Assembly (NCBI GenBank): GCA_049970055.1
Contig: JBMFNR010000003.1
Coordinates: forward strand, 96,001-160,000
Reading direction: 5' to 3'
Source: Fervidobacterium sp.
GTDB taxonomy: Bacteria > Thermotogota > Thermotogae > Thermotogales > Fervidobacteriaceae
Length of the DNA: 64,000 nucleotides
Below, piece by piece: positions 31,874 to 41,814 of this stretch (positions are counted from its first letter, which is position 1; each line of letters opens with the position of its first letter). A program made the position numbers and the translations under genes. Under the pieces are notes generated by a model, which was not told the DNA's origin, did not search any database, and worked only from the letters and a program-made list of their open reading frames with translations.

Positions 31874-32488
31874 TCACATCCCCAATGCCTTCAACAACTT
31901 CTCTAATGATTCAATTGATGGAACAAGAAGCAAGTAACCTGTAAGTTCTTCTTCTATACCCTCTATCTTGATCACAGTCTCTACCAACATTAAATTGTCT
32001 TCACCAGCTAAAGCAAGAGGCAGTGAAATTTCAGAAATAATCGCGCTGATCATGTCAACAACTAAATCAGGTGGATCAGGATTTATGTAAAGATTCGTAA
32101 AACCTGCCAATGCCGTAACGTACGAACCGCACATTATGTTTCCAATTTCTTTGAGCATCGAAGAACTAAATTCGTCAAGCTCGGTTACATTACTTATCTC
32201 CATTCCAGTTAACGCTTTTGCAATAATTTTTACCGCTCTTGGTTCGAATAGAAGAATGATTTCACCAGTCATGTCTTCTCTAAGGGTCATTTTTATGGCA
32301 GCTACTGTTTCTTCTGGCTTTTCAAAAAGGAATGGTATTTTCGATATCGGAATTATCTTCACTTGTGGGACGGAAATATCCACTTTTTTGTCAAGCATCA
32401 TAGAAAGAGCTGTTGCTGCATTACCTGTTCCTATATTTCCCACCTCTTTTATAGCGTCCAACTGGGTTTCGGTGAGCTTCTCAAGCAT
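31874..32488 (-). CDS. cheC: CheY-P phosphatase CheC
   Basis: Two D/S-xxx-E-xx-N motifs (DAIKEVGNIG, SMLKEIGNI); next to cheD. Confidence 0.93.
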   Translation of the reverse strand: MLEKLTETQLDAIKEVGNIGTGNAATALSMMLDKKVDISVPQVKIIPISKIPFLFEKPEETVAAIKMTLREDMTGEIILLFEPRAVKIIAKALTGMEISNVTELDEFSSSMLKEIGNIMCGSYVTALAGFTNLYINPDPPDLVVDMISAIISEISLPLALAGEDNLMLVETVIKIEGIEEELTGYLLLVPSIESLEKLLKALGM

Positions 32489-32517
32489 TCGTATAATCCT
32501 CCCTTCTAAAATCTAGA

Positions 32518-33201
32518 CTATTTTTTGATAGAACTTTGTATATTCCTTTGTTTGAGTTCCTGCTGGAATATAAATTTTACGAGATTCTTCTCAACATTAG
32601 TTTGTACATCCAAAAACTGTATGCCGTACATGTAATAATCGTCAATTTTACCATCTTCTCTAACAATCCTTGACTTTTGTTTTTCCAGCGAAAAATCCTC
32701 CGTAAGTTTCAAGTCAATATAGATTATATCACCTAATTTCAAAAGTTTTTTCGTAGCAATCAGAAGTCCACCTGCACTTATATTTTTCGTTGTGAAAGGA
32801 TATGATTCGGCATCAGGCTCATTGGAGATATAGAATCGGCCATCGAGGAATAATGGTACTCTAACGAATTTTCTTCTCTCGGTCTTTCTGATAACTTCTG
32901 GGAAAGGTGCAGGTATCGAATAAATGTTATCTTTCTTTGTGACACCCAATGAAACAGTTTGAAACTCATAAACTGATGATCTATCAAAAACATTGATAGT
33001 CATCCTTACGCCTTTTGGTATCGGAACAAATTTCCCTTTTAACGATGGTATCGACAGAAAAATGATATTTTTATCCAAATCTATATCAATTACGTTGCTT
33101 TTGTAAACTCCCTCGAGCTCTTTAACAAGAGATATTATTATTTGAGCGGGTAGTCCTATTCTTAAAGCTTTAGATGCATCGACAAGCTCCACATAAGGCA
33201 T
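32518..33201 (-). CDS. YcgR/MotI-like flagellar brake protein (N-domain plus PilZ)
   Basis: RxxxR (ERRKFVR) and (D/N)xSxxG (NISAGG) c-di-GMP motifs, in a flagellar operon. Confidence 0.85.
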   Translation of the reverse strand: MPYVELVDASKALRIGLPAQIIISLVKELEGVYKSNVIDIDLDKNIIFLSIPSLKGKFVPIPKGVRMTINVFDRSSVYEFQTVSLGVTKKDNIYSIPAPFPEVIRKTERRKFVRVPLFLDGRFYISNEPDAESYPFTTKNISAGGLLIATKKLLKLGDIIYIDLKLTEDFSLEKQKSRIVREDGKIDDYYMYGIQFLDVQTNVEKNLVKFIFQQELKQRNIQSSIKK

Positions 33202-33755
33202 TACAACAACTCCCCTATACGTGAATACTTTTTGTAAAGTTCAGTCCAGGTTTCTGAAGCATTTTCGATGTATATTCCACACCTGTAACATTCTTCTTCC
33301 TCCACGAACCACATAACTTTTCCTGATTCATTGTTATTGTTTACAAAAAGATTTATAATCTCATTAAACTTCGGCTTGTATTCGGACAAAATTTGACATC
33401 CGTTTTCCGAAATATCCGTTATGACTCCTTTGAAATTATCGAAGATTACGCAACTTTCAAAAGCAACGTACCTAGGTTTAGCACGTCTCTGTAATATACC
33501 AGCTTTTTCAAGTGCGGTATAAACATAAGTATTTTTATCTTCTTCTTTACTTAATTTACCAATGAATGTTACAATATAACCTTCTATGGGCAAATCGATT
33601 CTTAAAACTTCTGGAATATATGAAGGTTTTAGAAAAGAGATGTATATGTTTTTGCCTTTAAGCTTCTTCATTCTAATAGCCAATTGACCATCTTTAGCGA
33701 AACCACGTAGGACAGCATCAGTTAGATTTGCATTAATGTACTCTTCTATCGTCAT
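33201..33755 (-). CDS. PilZ domain protein
   Basis: QRRAKPR and DISENG motifs. Confidence 0.8.
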   Translation of the reverse strand: MTIEEYINANLTDAVLRGFAKDGQLAIRMKKLKGKNIYISFLKPSYIPEVLRIDLPIEGYIVTFIGKLSKEEDKNTYVYTALEKAGILQRRAKPRYVAFESCVIFDNFKGVITDISENGCQILSEYKPKFNEIINLFVNNNNESGKVMWFVEEEECYRCGIYIENASETWTELYKKYSRIGELL

Positions 33756-33756
33756 T

Positions 33757-34587
33757 TCAATTCCCCCTAAAAAGCCTTACAAATTTTTCAAGTAAGTTCT
33801 CACGTAATTTAGAATTTTGTTTCATCTTAAGGATATTCGATGCAATCCTCATTATGGAAAATGTTGGCTGAATATTTCGGTACTTTTTTACAAATAGTTC
33901 CCTTTGATAAACACTTTTAATAACTAACGGATGGTCTTTTACTATAGTTACTGATGAAATATTGCTATTGATGAATTTCTCCGTGACTCCTATAAATCTT
34001 TCTAAGAGTTTTGTTGCCTCTTTAACGTCTTGTACCATATTTGCCACCACATGAATATTTTCTCCCATGATGCCTTTAACGCTTAGGAGTTTAATCATGG
34101 TGTACGTGTTCACTATCGATGTTGGTTCAATAGTTGTTAAAACAACGAAATCTTCAACTAGTGCAAAAAAAGGCATGTAGTTTTCCGAAAATCCGGGAGG
34201 CATATCCATAACGACGACATCGTAATCATCTAGAAGTCTTAGGAAGTGTGTTGCAAAGTCTCTCAATACGATCTCATTCGTTGTAACAATATCAGTGACA
34301 TCACCGCCAAGCGACAGTAAGTCGACACCATAGATTGTGGAATTTACCAAGTCATCTATTGAGCATTTGTGATTAACAAAATCTTTCAATGTGTACTTTG
34401 GGTAAGCCCCAAGTAAAATATCGGCATTTGTAAACCCAACATCTGCATCCAACAGTAGTATTTTTTTCGCATACTCTGACAACAAGGCGGAGAGATTAGT
34501 TGCAATTAGTGTTTTTCCAACACCGCCTTTTCCACTGATCACAGCTACGACTTGACAATTCTTAAGATTTTTAGCTTGATCTTGCAT
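33757..34587 (-). CDS. flhG: MinD-like flagellar number regulator FlhG/FleN
   Basis: SGKGGVGKT and LLDADVG; directly downstream of flhF. Confidence 0.85.
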   Translation of the reverse strand: MQDQAKNLKNCQVVAVISGKGGVGKTLIATNLSALLSEYAKKILLLDADVGFTNADILLGAYPKYTLKDFVNHKCSIDDLVNSTIYGVDLLSLGGDVTDIVTTNEIVLRDFATHFLRLLDDYDVVVMDMPPGFSENYMPFFALVEDFVVLTTIEPTSIVNTYTMIKLLSVKGIMGENIHVVANMVQDVKEATKLLERFIGVTEKFINSNISSVTIVKDHPLVIKSVYQRELFVKKYRNIQPTFSIMRIASNILKMKQNSKLRENLLEKFVRLFRGN

Positions 34588-35689
34588 ACCTTAACACCTC
34601 TCGTGATAGCAAAACGGCAAGTTCTCTGCTGTTGGCTTCAAATATGTCATCTGGCACTCTTTGTCCATTTGTTATGAAAGCTATCGGGGTTTTCAAAAAC
34701 GAAGGTACATTAACAAAATGTCCAAGTGCCGATGTTTCGTCCATCTTTGAGAGAATCACATGAGTTGGTGAAATTACAGAAAATTTTGAAAGTACTTCTT
34801 TAACATCGTCGTTTCTATATTGCATACCTATAACTAATAATGTAAATTCTGGAGCTATAACCTCAGACATGGCTTTTATCTCCGCCATATGTAAGTCGTT
34901 CTTCTGACTCCTACCTGCTGTATCAATTAAAATAACATCGTAATCAGAGAGTGCATCAAGCTCAAGCTTTGCTTCTTTCGGCGTATAAGCCACCCTTATT
35001 GGTACGTCAAGGAGCATAGCATAGGTTTTCAATTGATCAACAGCTGCTATTCTGTACGTGTCAAGAGTAATTACTGCTATATTCTTCTTTTCACCAAGTT
35101 TGAGTTTCGCGGCTAGTTTTGCAAGTGTGGTTGTCTTACCCACTCCTGTTGGACCTGCAAAGAGCACGCGACCTCTCAAATCAGGTACTGATGTATTTAT
35201 AAATGGGAGAAACATTTCAGACAAAATTAAACGCGTATTTTCATTTGAAAAGTCCAACTCATTATATTTCACTTTTGAGTACTCTACAATTTTCTCTATT
35301 ATTTCTTCATCGATGTCTTGCTTTTCAAGTGCCTTTCTAAATTCCTGAACCCACCGTGGTTCATTCGACCTTTGTGACGAAATCATCGACTTCAGCTCGA
35401 CCATCATTTTCTTTAACTCACTAAACTCTTCAGTGTTTTGGGAAATGTTTGATTTATTCTTGGAAAGTATCTCTTGAAGCTTGTAAATCTGACCTTTTTC
35501 TTCACTCTGCTGCTCTTTTTTATCTGTTACTGCAGCTGTAACTTCGATGTACGTTTTGGCACCAATACCAAGGAATCCTCCTTTTTTTACCTTCCTTGTA
35601 CTCAGAATTATTGCATCTTTTCCCAGTTCCATCCTTATTTTTTCGAACGCTTCTTTTATATCCGTAACAACATATTTTTTTACAATCAT
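34571..35689 (-). CDS. flhF: Flagellar SRP-family GTPase FlhF
   Basis: [34 protein letters not shown] and GQRVPDD. Confidence 0.95.
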   Translation of the reverse strand: MIVKKYVVTDIKEAFEKIRMELGKDAIILSTRKVKKGGFLGIGAKTYIEVTAAVTDKKEQQSEEKGQIYKLQEILSKNKSNISQNTEEFSELKKMMVELKSMISSQRSNEPRWVQEFRKALEKQDIDEEIIEKIVEYSKVKYNELDFSNENTRLILSEMFLPFINTSVPDLRGRVLFAGPTGVGKTTTLAKLAAKLKLGEKKNIAVITLDTYRIAAVDQLKTYAMLLDVPIRVAYTPKEAKLELDALSDYDVILIDTAGRSQKNDLHMAEIKAMSEVIAPEFTLLVIGMQYRNDDVKEVLSKFSVISPTHVILSKMDETSALGHFVNVPSFLKTPIAFITNGQRVPDDIFEANSRELAVLLSREVLRYARSS

Positions 35690-37746
35690 AGCCTTACCAC
35701 ACCCTCTATTGAAAGATTGACGTCTTCCGGAATCTCTTCAAAAGATATAACCACTATTCCTGGAATAAAGCGTGTAATCATCCTTGAAAGGTATGGTCTT
35801 ATAAGACCTGAGACGACCAATGTTGGTGAGTATCCTTTACGCATAACTTTCTCTAATTCCGAAGATATTCTTTCGATCAATTCTCTGAGAATCTGTGGAT
35901 TCATACTTATGTACTTCCCTTCCTCGCCTTCAGCTATTGACTCTGTTAAACTTTTTTCCAAATCAGAGTCAAGAGCAACCGCGTGTATCTGTTTCTCTGA
36001 AGTCAACAATTTTGCCACAATCTGCCTTTTTAGACCTCTCCGAACATATTCCGTAAGTGTTTCTATATCCCTTGCCTTATCAGCATTATCAAGTATTAGT
36101 TCGAATATATACGGTAAATTCCTTATTGAAACACCTTCTCGAAGAAGTTCTTGAAGCACTTTTTTAACGGCCGAGGGTTTTATGACATTGAATACATCGT
36201 CGACCAATTTATCAAATTTGTTTCTTAAGCCGTCAACAAGTAATTGAAACTCTCTATTACCCAGTAATTCTGGAGCAAACCGTCTAAGAATTTCAGTCAC
36301 ATGTGTTGCAAACACAGTTGGTGGATCAACTACTGTGTATCCTTTTTGCGTAGCTTCTTCTTTCTTAGTTTCATCTATCCAAAAAGCCTGAAGCCCGAAT
36401 GCAGGTTCTCTGACCTCTATACCAGCTATTTTGTCACTTACAAATCCAGGGTTTATTGCGAGTAACCTGTTTGGGATTAACTCGTACCGCGCAACTTCAG
36501 CACTTCTAATGAACACAGCATATTCATTTGGTTTGAGTATCACACTGTCTCTAACTCTTATGGGTGAAAGCACTAAGCCTAACTCTTGAGCGAGTTGTCG
36601 TCTTATCATTGTAAGTCTTTCAAGCATATCGCCACCTTGTGACAAATCAGCAAGTGGTAACAGACCATAACCTATGTTAATCTCAACAGTATCGGATTGG
36701 ATTACCTCTGATACCTCTTCAGGTGTTGACAAAATAGGACCGCTAGGCATGGTTGGTGCACCTGACACACCCTGTGTACCCTCACCCGCACCAATTGATT
36801 GTGGTTGCAATAACTCATCTGCTTTTATCAGTAATCCTATCAAAAAAAACAATCCGCCGATTAAAAGGCTTGTAAAAGTAGGAAGTGGAGTAAGTATTCC
36901 AAGAATCATTATAACAACCCCCGTAAGTATTATAACCCTTTTTTCACCGGAAAGTTCTCTTATAAGTTCCGAACCCAGGTTATCCTCTGTGGCACTCCTG
37001 GAAACGAGTATACCGGTTGCTGTTGAAACCATCAAAGCCGGTAACTGGCTTACAAGTCCATCACCAACAGTATAAAGCAGAAAAGCTTTAGCGGCATCAG
37101 CTATTCCCATACTATGCATAAGTACTCCGATCAATATACCACCCAAGCTATTAACAATTGTAATAATGATACTTGCTATAGCATCTCCCCTGACAAATTT
37201 CGAAGCACCATCCATTGCACCATAAAAATCGGCTTCTCTTCTTATATTTTCTCTTCTACGACGTGCCTCTTCTTCCGTTATAAGCCCAGCGTTTAAATCA
37301 GCATCGACGCTCATTTGCTTACCAGGCATTGCATCCAGTGTAAATCGCGCTGCAACTTCTGCAATTCTTTCCGATCCACGGGTTATTACAATGAATTGTA
37401 TAATAACAAGAATTAAAAACACCACTATACCGACAACGTAATTACCACCAACAACGAAGTTTCCGAACGTTAATATGACTTTACCATTGAATTTTGGTCC
37501 TTGAAGTAATATGGACCTTGTCGATGCAACATTAAGTGCCAGTCGAAATATGGTAACAATTAACAACATGGTCGGAAAAGAAGCGAGTTCAAGAGTGTTT
37601 CTAATGTACATGGTTGAGAATAACAACACAAGCGAGATGGATATATTCAACAGTTGAAAAAAATCAAGCAAAAAATTTGGTATGGGGATAATCATTAAAA
37701 ATACTATCGCTACAATTAAAAGTGCAACTGCAACATCAGACTTCAT
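35686..37746 (-). CDS. flhA: Flagellar export gate protein FlhA
   Basis: FRLALNVASTR, RIAEVAARFTLDAMPGKQMS and FYGAMDGASKFVRGDA. Confidence 0.96.
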   Translation of the reverse strand: MKSDVAVALLIVAIVFLMIIPIPNFLLDFFQLLNISISLVLLFSTMYIRNTLELASFPTMLLIVTIFRLALNVASTRSILLQGPKFNGKVILTFGNFVVGGNYVVGIVVFLILVIIQFIVITRGSERIAEVAARFTLDAMPGKQMSVDADLNAGLITEEEARRRRENIRREADFYGAMDGASKFVRGDAIASIIITIVNSLGGILIGVLMHSMGIADAAKAFLLYTVGDGLVSQLPALMVSTATGILVSRSATEDNLGSELIRELSGEKRVIILTGVVIMILGILTPLPTFTSLLIGGLFFLIGLLIKADELLQPQSIGAGEGTQGVSGAPTMPSGPILSTPEEVSEVIQSDTVEINIGYGLLPLADLSQGGDMLERLTMIRRQLAQELGLVLSPIRVRDSVILKPNEYAVFIRSAEVARYELIPNRLLAINPGFVSDKIAGIEVREPAFGLQAFWIDETKKEEATQKGYTVVDPPTVFATHVTEILRRFAPELLGNREFQLLVDGLRNKFDKLVDDVFNVIKPSAVKKVLQELLREGVSIRNLPYIFELILDNADKARDIETLTEYVRRGLKRQIVAKLLTSEKQIHAVALDSDLEKSLTESIAEGEEGKYISMNPQILRELIERISSELEKVMRKGYSPTLVVSGLIRPYLSRMITRFIPGIVVISFEEIPEDVNLSIEGVVRL

Positions 37747-37886
37747 CTACTCACCTCAACGCCTTGATAATTTTCGAAAAAATTTCAAAAAAATTTTTTG
37801 AACGTTTTCTCGGTATATATTGTCTAAATATGTGGAACGTAATAAAATAAAGGTAATTCACTCAACGGATGTATGGTAAGAAGAAG

Positions 37887-37915
37887 TTAACACAATTGTT
37901 TTGGGATATTATAAT
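37887..37915 (+). promoter_or_regulatory. Sigma-70 type promoter pointing into the flhA-mnmE intergenic region
   Basis: TTAACA(37887-92)-17 nt-TATAAT(37910-15). The ATTATAAT palindrome also gives a minus-strand -10 that could serve flhA. Confidence 0.6.
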
Positions 37916-37921
37916 TTAAAG

Positions 37922-38029
37922 TGCTAACAATTTAACAAAAGACATGTTAAAATCCTTTAAGAGAACCCCCTATCCCCCTTGAGATACACCCCCCACGGCT
38001 TTATGCGGGCCAAAAAGCCCGCTTTTTTT
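37922..38029 (+). ncRNA. Candidate C-rich small RNA (~105 nt)
   Basis: Lies between a + strand promoter and a + strand terminator with no ORF. Has a 5' hairpin and three C5-C6 tracts. Confidence 0.5.
38005..38029 (+). terminator. Rho-independent terminator (U-tract on the + strand)
   Basis: GCGGGC-CAAAAA-GCCCGC-TTTTTTT. No U-tract follows it on the mnmE (-) strand. Confidence 0.7.
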
Positions 38030-39401
38030 ATTTTCCTACGCAGAAGTTTGAAAATATATTATTGAGTAAATCTTCATTGAAATTATACCCTGTCAATTCA
38101 TCCAATTTGCTTAAAGCATTTCTAATATCGATAGAAGCTAAATCCATTGGAAGTCCACTTTTTAAAGAATTTATAGATTTATCAACATAGTATTTAACTT
38201 GTTTCATATATTCAAGTTGCCTTCTTGAGGTTATGTGTGATAATTCACTATCTTCGATAAGTGGTTTTGCAAGTTCAATTATTCTTTTTTCGAGTTCTTT
38301 AATACCTTCACCACTTTGTGCGCTTATGAATACGTCTTTACCGAATGATTTAATATTTTTGCCTATATCCACCTTATTCCATACATACAATATGTTTCCA
38401 TTTTTGATAAGGTTATGTATGTATTCGTCTGCTTCAGTATAACCAGTTGTAGCGTCAAGCAAGAAAAGTACAATATCAGATCTTTGAGCTTCTTTTAAAG
38501 CTTTTTCGATACCAATTTTTTCAACCATATCTTGGGTTTCCCTTATACCTGCGGTATCGGATATCACAAAATGTATACCCTGAATCTTAATTTCGCCCTT
38601 TATTACATCTCGAGTTGTTCCTGGTACATCAGTTACAATTGCTCTATCTTCAACTAATAATTTGTTTAGTAATGTGCTTTTGCCAACGTTTGGTTTTCCT
38701 ACAATTACTATTGTTACTCCCGTAGAGATGTGGAGACCTTTGTCTGCATGTTTGAGCTTTTCACATAAGTAGGTATGAATTTTCTCAAGGTCTTGGAGAA
38801 TTTCCTGTGAAGGTATATCTACATCGTCTCCATAGTCTATTGATACTTCTATTTTGGATAAAACATCTAACAATTGTGAACGAATCGCACTAATTTCATG
38901 TGAAAGTCTACCTTTGAGGTTATCTAAAGCAAGCTTTAAGCTCTTCTCACTCTTTGCTTCTATAATTTGAAGGATTGCTTCAGCTTTTATTAGATCTATC
39001 TTACCATTCAGAAACGCTCGCCTTGTGAATTCACCATTTTCTGCAAGCCTTGCTCCGCTTCGAATTAGTGAATCAATTATCTTAGAACTCACTAAAATAC
39101 CACCGTGACAATATATTTCTACCATGTCTTCTCCTGTGTAACTCTTTGGTGATCTAAAATAAACAAACATAACTTCATCAATAAGTCCTCCATCAGTGTC
39201 AAAAAAATTTCCATAATACATCCTTCTTTCTTGAATGTCAGAGAGATCGATATGAAGTTTTATATGCTTTTTTAAAATTTCAAATGACTGACTACCACTC
39301 ATCCTTACAACTGCTATAGCACCTTTTCCATACGGTGTAGACAGTGCTACTATCGAGTCTTTTTTACTTTCACTATATAGACGCAAATTCTCACCTCTCA
39401 A
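38028..39401 (-). CDS. mnmE: tRNA modification GTPase MnmE/TrmE
   Basis: SYTGED..EIYCHGG, GEFTRRAFLNGK, GKPNVGKST, PGTTRD, DTAG and C-terminal FCVGK. Confidence 0.96.
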   Translation of the reverse strand: MRGENLRLYSESKKDSIVALSTPYGKGAIAVVRMSGSQSFEILKKHIKLHIDLSDIQERRMYYGNFFDTDGGLIDEVMFVYFRSPKSYTGEDMVEIYCHGGILVSSKIIDSLIRSGARLAENGEFTRRAFLNGKIDLIKAEAILQIIEAKSEKSLKLALDNLKGRLSHEISAIRSQLLDVLSKIEVSIDYGDDVDIPSQEILQDLEKIHTYLCEKLKHADKGLHISTGVTIVIVGKPNVGKSTLLNKLLVEDRAIVTDVPGTTRDVIKGEIKIQGIHFVISDTAGIRETQDMVEKIGIEKALKEAQRSDIVLFLLDATTGYTEADEYIHNLIKNGNILYVWNKVDIGKNIKSFGKDVFISAQSGEGIKELEKRIIELAKPLIEDSELSHITSRRQLEYMKQVKYYVDKSINSLKSGLPMDLASIDIRNALSKLDELTGYNFNEDLLNNIFSNFCVGK

Positions 39402-39422
39402 TTTTCATCTTATCACACGGAA

Positions 39423-39431
39423 ATTATACCA
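39423..39431 (-). promoter_or_regulatory. Extended -10 promoter for mnmE
   Basis: Minus-strand TGGTATAAT about 20 nt upstream of the start. Confidence 0.55.
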
Positions 39432-39454
39432 CAACTTTCAATTATAATAAAGAC

Positions 39455-39488
39455 GGCTCCAAGTTACATTGAAAAGTAACTTGGAGCC
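39455..39488. terminator. Perfect 13-bp stem-loop after the MCP gene (probable terminator)
   Basis: GGCTCCAAGTTAC-ATTGAAAA-GTAACTTGGAGCC. Confidence 0.7.
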
Positions 39489-39506
39489 CATTTTTTGTTC
39501 AGATAA

Positions 39507-41789
39507 TTATTTAAACCAATGAGCTATGCTTTCCATCTTCAAAGCAATATCTTTTAATTTTTCCGAGCTTCTTGATATTACAACAAGTAGTGATGTTAGT
39601 TCTTCGAAATCTTTATTGAATTGTGAAAGTTCCTCAGATGATTCAGAAATCGAAAATGCTACTATATTCATTAACTGCTCAACACTTTGAAAAGCTTTTA
39701 CGTTTTCTTCAATTTGACTACCGATCTGGCTACCAACTAACCCAATGTTTTGAATCTTCTCGATTACAGTGTAATAATTAGAACTGAATTCATCTTTAGC
39801 TTTTTTCAACATGTCAAACTTTTCTCCAGATGCTAGGTACAGTTCGTCGAGTTCTCTCAAATCATTTGTATAAGTATCTACTTCCTTAACGAGGTTTTTG
39901 GAGAGATTGTTTATTTCAACTGAAAGTTTCATCACCTCATCAGCTACAACTGCAAAACCTCTCCCAGCTTCGCCTGCTCTTGCGGCTTCGATTGCAGCAT
40001 TAAGCGCAAGTAAATTAGTTTGCGAAGCAACGTTTTGAATCTTTGTAATTGCATTTTTGATAGATGAAAACTTATCTATCGTTCTTTTCACTGTCAAACT
40101 GAATTTTTCAAAAACTTCCGCATTTGATTTTACGGATTCATTCATTTCTTCAATAAGTGAAACGTTTTTGAGAATTTCAAACTGTGCTTGCTCAATTTCC
40201 CTAATTAATTCATTAAGTTCATGAGATAAACCTTCTGTACTATCTATTGATTTATTGAGAGTATTTTGAAGATTTTCGATATCGTCTTTCACCTTACCCA
40301 CGGTGTGAGTATAATCGGAAACAAAAACTTTGAACTTATGAACAGCATTATCCAATATTTCACTTGTTTTGTTTATCTGATTAACTTCAATGTTAAGTTC
40401 CTGAGAACTATTTTTCATGTCATCGGCGTAATTCTTTAAATTTTCTGACAATTTCTTGAGCGAATCAATCACATGTTGGAATTCACCTGTAGCTTTTGTG
40501 TCAACTTTAATTAATTCACCATTTGCAAATCTTTCGATGATTTCCGCAGAGCTAAGAATATCCTTTGACATTGAATTAACAAGAGGAATAGTAAATATAA
40601 TTGCTGCAATGAGTATCACAGTACCTATAAGGATATTTGTAATAACAATTTTGCTGAGGTTTAAATCTACTTTTACATCGATTTGTGGTAGTTTCATTTC
40701 AGGTAATACAAACTTTTCAGGTTCGGGAATCTCAAATTGAGCTTGAACATTTTCCATCTTAAGCGCCACTTCCAGCTTACCAACTTGGACACCAGAGATC
40801 TCAAAATCAAACTTTTTTGCAACATAGTTCTCTTTTCCAAGTGTAAACGCGAATTTATCTTCTGTTGGTTCTTCCAAACCCCTTAGCCTTTCACCCATTT
40901 CATTAACTTTTGTTGTTGCAAAAGACTTTTGGTTTACATAAATAGTAACATCCGCGTTTGTTAACCTTTTTATCTCATCCAAAAAGTTTTCATTCAGTGT
41001 GCCAAATGCAACAATGAAACCTTTCACTGTGTTTCCAAGTTGAGGGTGCATTACAGGTTGGACGGCAACCATGTATATACTATTATTCCCTGCATATACA
41101 AAAGTTTTGCTGTACGGCGTTGTTGAAGATAAAATAGCTTCAACGGTACTTTTTAGCTGTTCCGAAAAGTCAAGATTTTTGTAATTGTTTCCAACAAGTC
41201 CAGGCGCAAGTGAATACGCGTATTCTACCAGATATTTGTTTTCAATTTGATAAAACGGCCTTAATTTTAATTTTGGTTCTGAATTTTCAATTGTCCAGAG
41301 GCCAATATAATCAAAAAGCGCTCTTTCAACATAGCTATTTAACAAGCCTCTTTTTTCAGCGACCCCAAGCTTCTTGTCGTTGGCAGCATTTACAACATCT
41401 TTTGAAGATGCACTAACTTTCGCAATATTTTCAATCACTGAAATGCGCTCTTTTACTAGATTCTCAACAATATTCCTTACAGATTCAGCTTCCTTTTCGA
41501 GTGTTGATAAATAAATACTTTCAAAAGCTTTATTAACTGATTCCTTTTGTTTTTCAACAGAAGTTTTCAATTTTTCGTTGTACTGCTCTATATGATTTTG
41601 CAGTTCTTGTGAAAACGTGTCGAAGAAGTCTTTGAAAATTACCTTCGGATCTCCAATTTGTTTTTTAACGTCACTCTCAACGCGTTTGCTCTCTGACGAA
41701 ATGTTTACGAATGTAAAAATAAGTGACAAGGTTAATGGAATCGTTACCAAGGAAATCGCTAAAATAATTAATCTTGTGCGTATAGACAT
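39507..41789 (-). CDS. Transmembrane methyl-accepting chemotaxis protein
   Basis: Two TM helices flanking a ~350-aa periplasmic region; signalling hairpin [30 protein letters not shown]. Confidence 0.92.
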   Translation of the reverse strand: MSIRTRLIILAISLVTIPLTLSLIFTFVNISSESKRVESDVKKQIGDPKVIFKDFFDTFSQELQNHIEQYNEKLKTSVEKQKESVNKAFESIYLSTLEKEAESVRNIVENLVKERISVIENIAKVSASSKDVVNAANDKKLGVAEKRGLLNSYVERALFDYIGLWTIENSEPKLKLRPFYQIENKYLVEYAYSLAPGLVGNNYKNLDFSEQLKSTVEAILSSTTPYSKTFVYAGNNSIYMVAVQPVMHPQLGNTVKGFIVAFGTLNENFLDEIKRLTNADVTIYVNQKSFATTKVNEMGERLRGLEEPTEDKFAFTLGKENYVAKKFDFEISGVQVGKLEVALKMENVQAQFEIPEPEKFVLPEMKLPQIDVKVDLNLSKIVITNILIGTVILIAAIIFTIPLVNSMSKDILSSAEIIERFANGELIKVDTKATGEFQHVIDSLKKLSENLKNYADDMKNSSQELNIEVNQINKTSEILDNAVHKFKVFVSDYTHTVGKVKDDIENLQNTLNKSIDSTEGLSHELNELIREIEQAQFEILKNVSLIEEMNESVKSNAEVFEKFSLTVKRTIDKFSSIKNAITKIQNVASQTNLLALNAAIEAARAGEAGRGFAVVADEVMKLSVEINNLSKNLVKEVDTYTNDLRELDELYLASGEKFDMLKKAKDEFSSNYYTVIEKIQNIGLVGSQIGSQIEENVKAFQSVEQLMNIVAFSISESSEELSQFNKDFEELTSLLVVISRSSEKLKDIALKMESIAHWFK

Positions 41790-41814
41790 ACAAGCACACC
41801 TACCAGAAAATACC

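Noticed and set aside
35474..36154. 226-aa antisense ORF over flhF/flhA, and similar ones at 47839-48363, 48756-49241, 53399-53995 and 55615-56052
   Set aside because: Shadow ORFs opposite well-conserved genes, with atypical composition and no recognisable motifs.
37768..37803. A/T palindromes upstream of flhA (TTTTCGAAAA, TTCAAAAAAATTTTTTGAA)
   Set aside because: Low-complexity A/T tracts; cannot be told apart from chance or DNA-bending tracts.
37964..38021. G-quadruplex on the minus strand as the main function of the G/C tracts
   Set aside because: Only three closely spaced G runs. The plus-strand promoter and terminator explain the region better, though this is not fully excluded.
37960..38025. 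c-di-GMP-I (GEMM) riboswitch upstream of flhA (minus strand CGCATAAAGCCGTGGG)
   Set aside because: Only a fragment resembles the consensus; the GGCAAA..GAAA tetraloop arm is absent.
37922..38029. SRP RNA, 6S RNA, tmRNA or RNase P RNA
   Set aside because: No SRP GGAA domain-IV motif, no long 6S-like duplex, and too short for the others.
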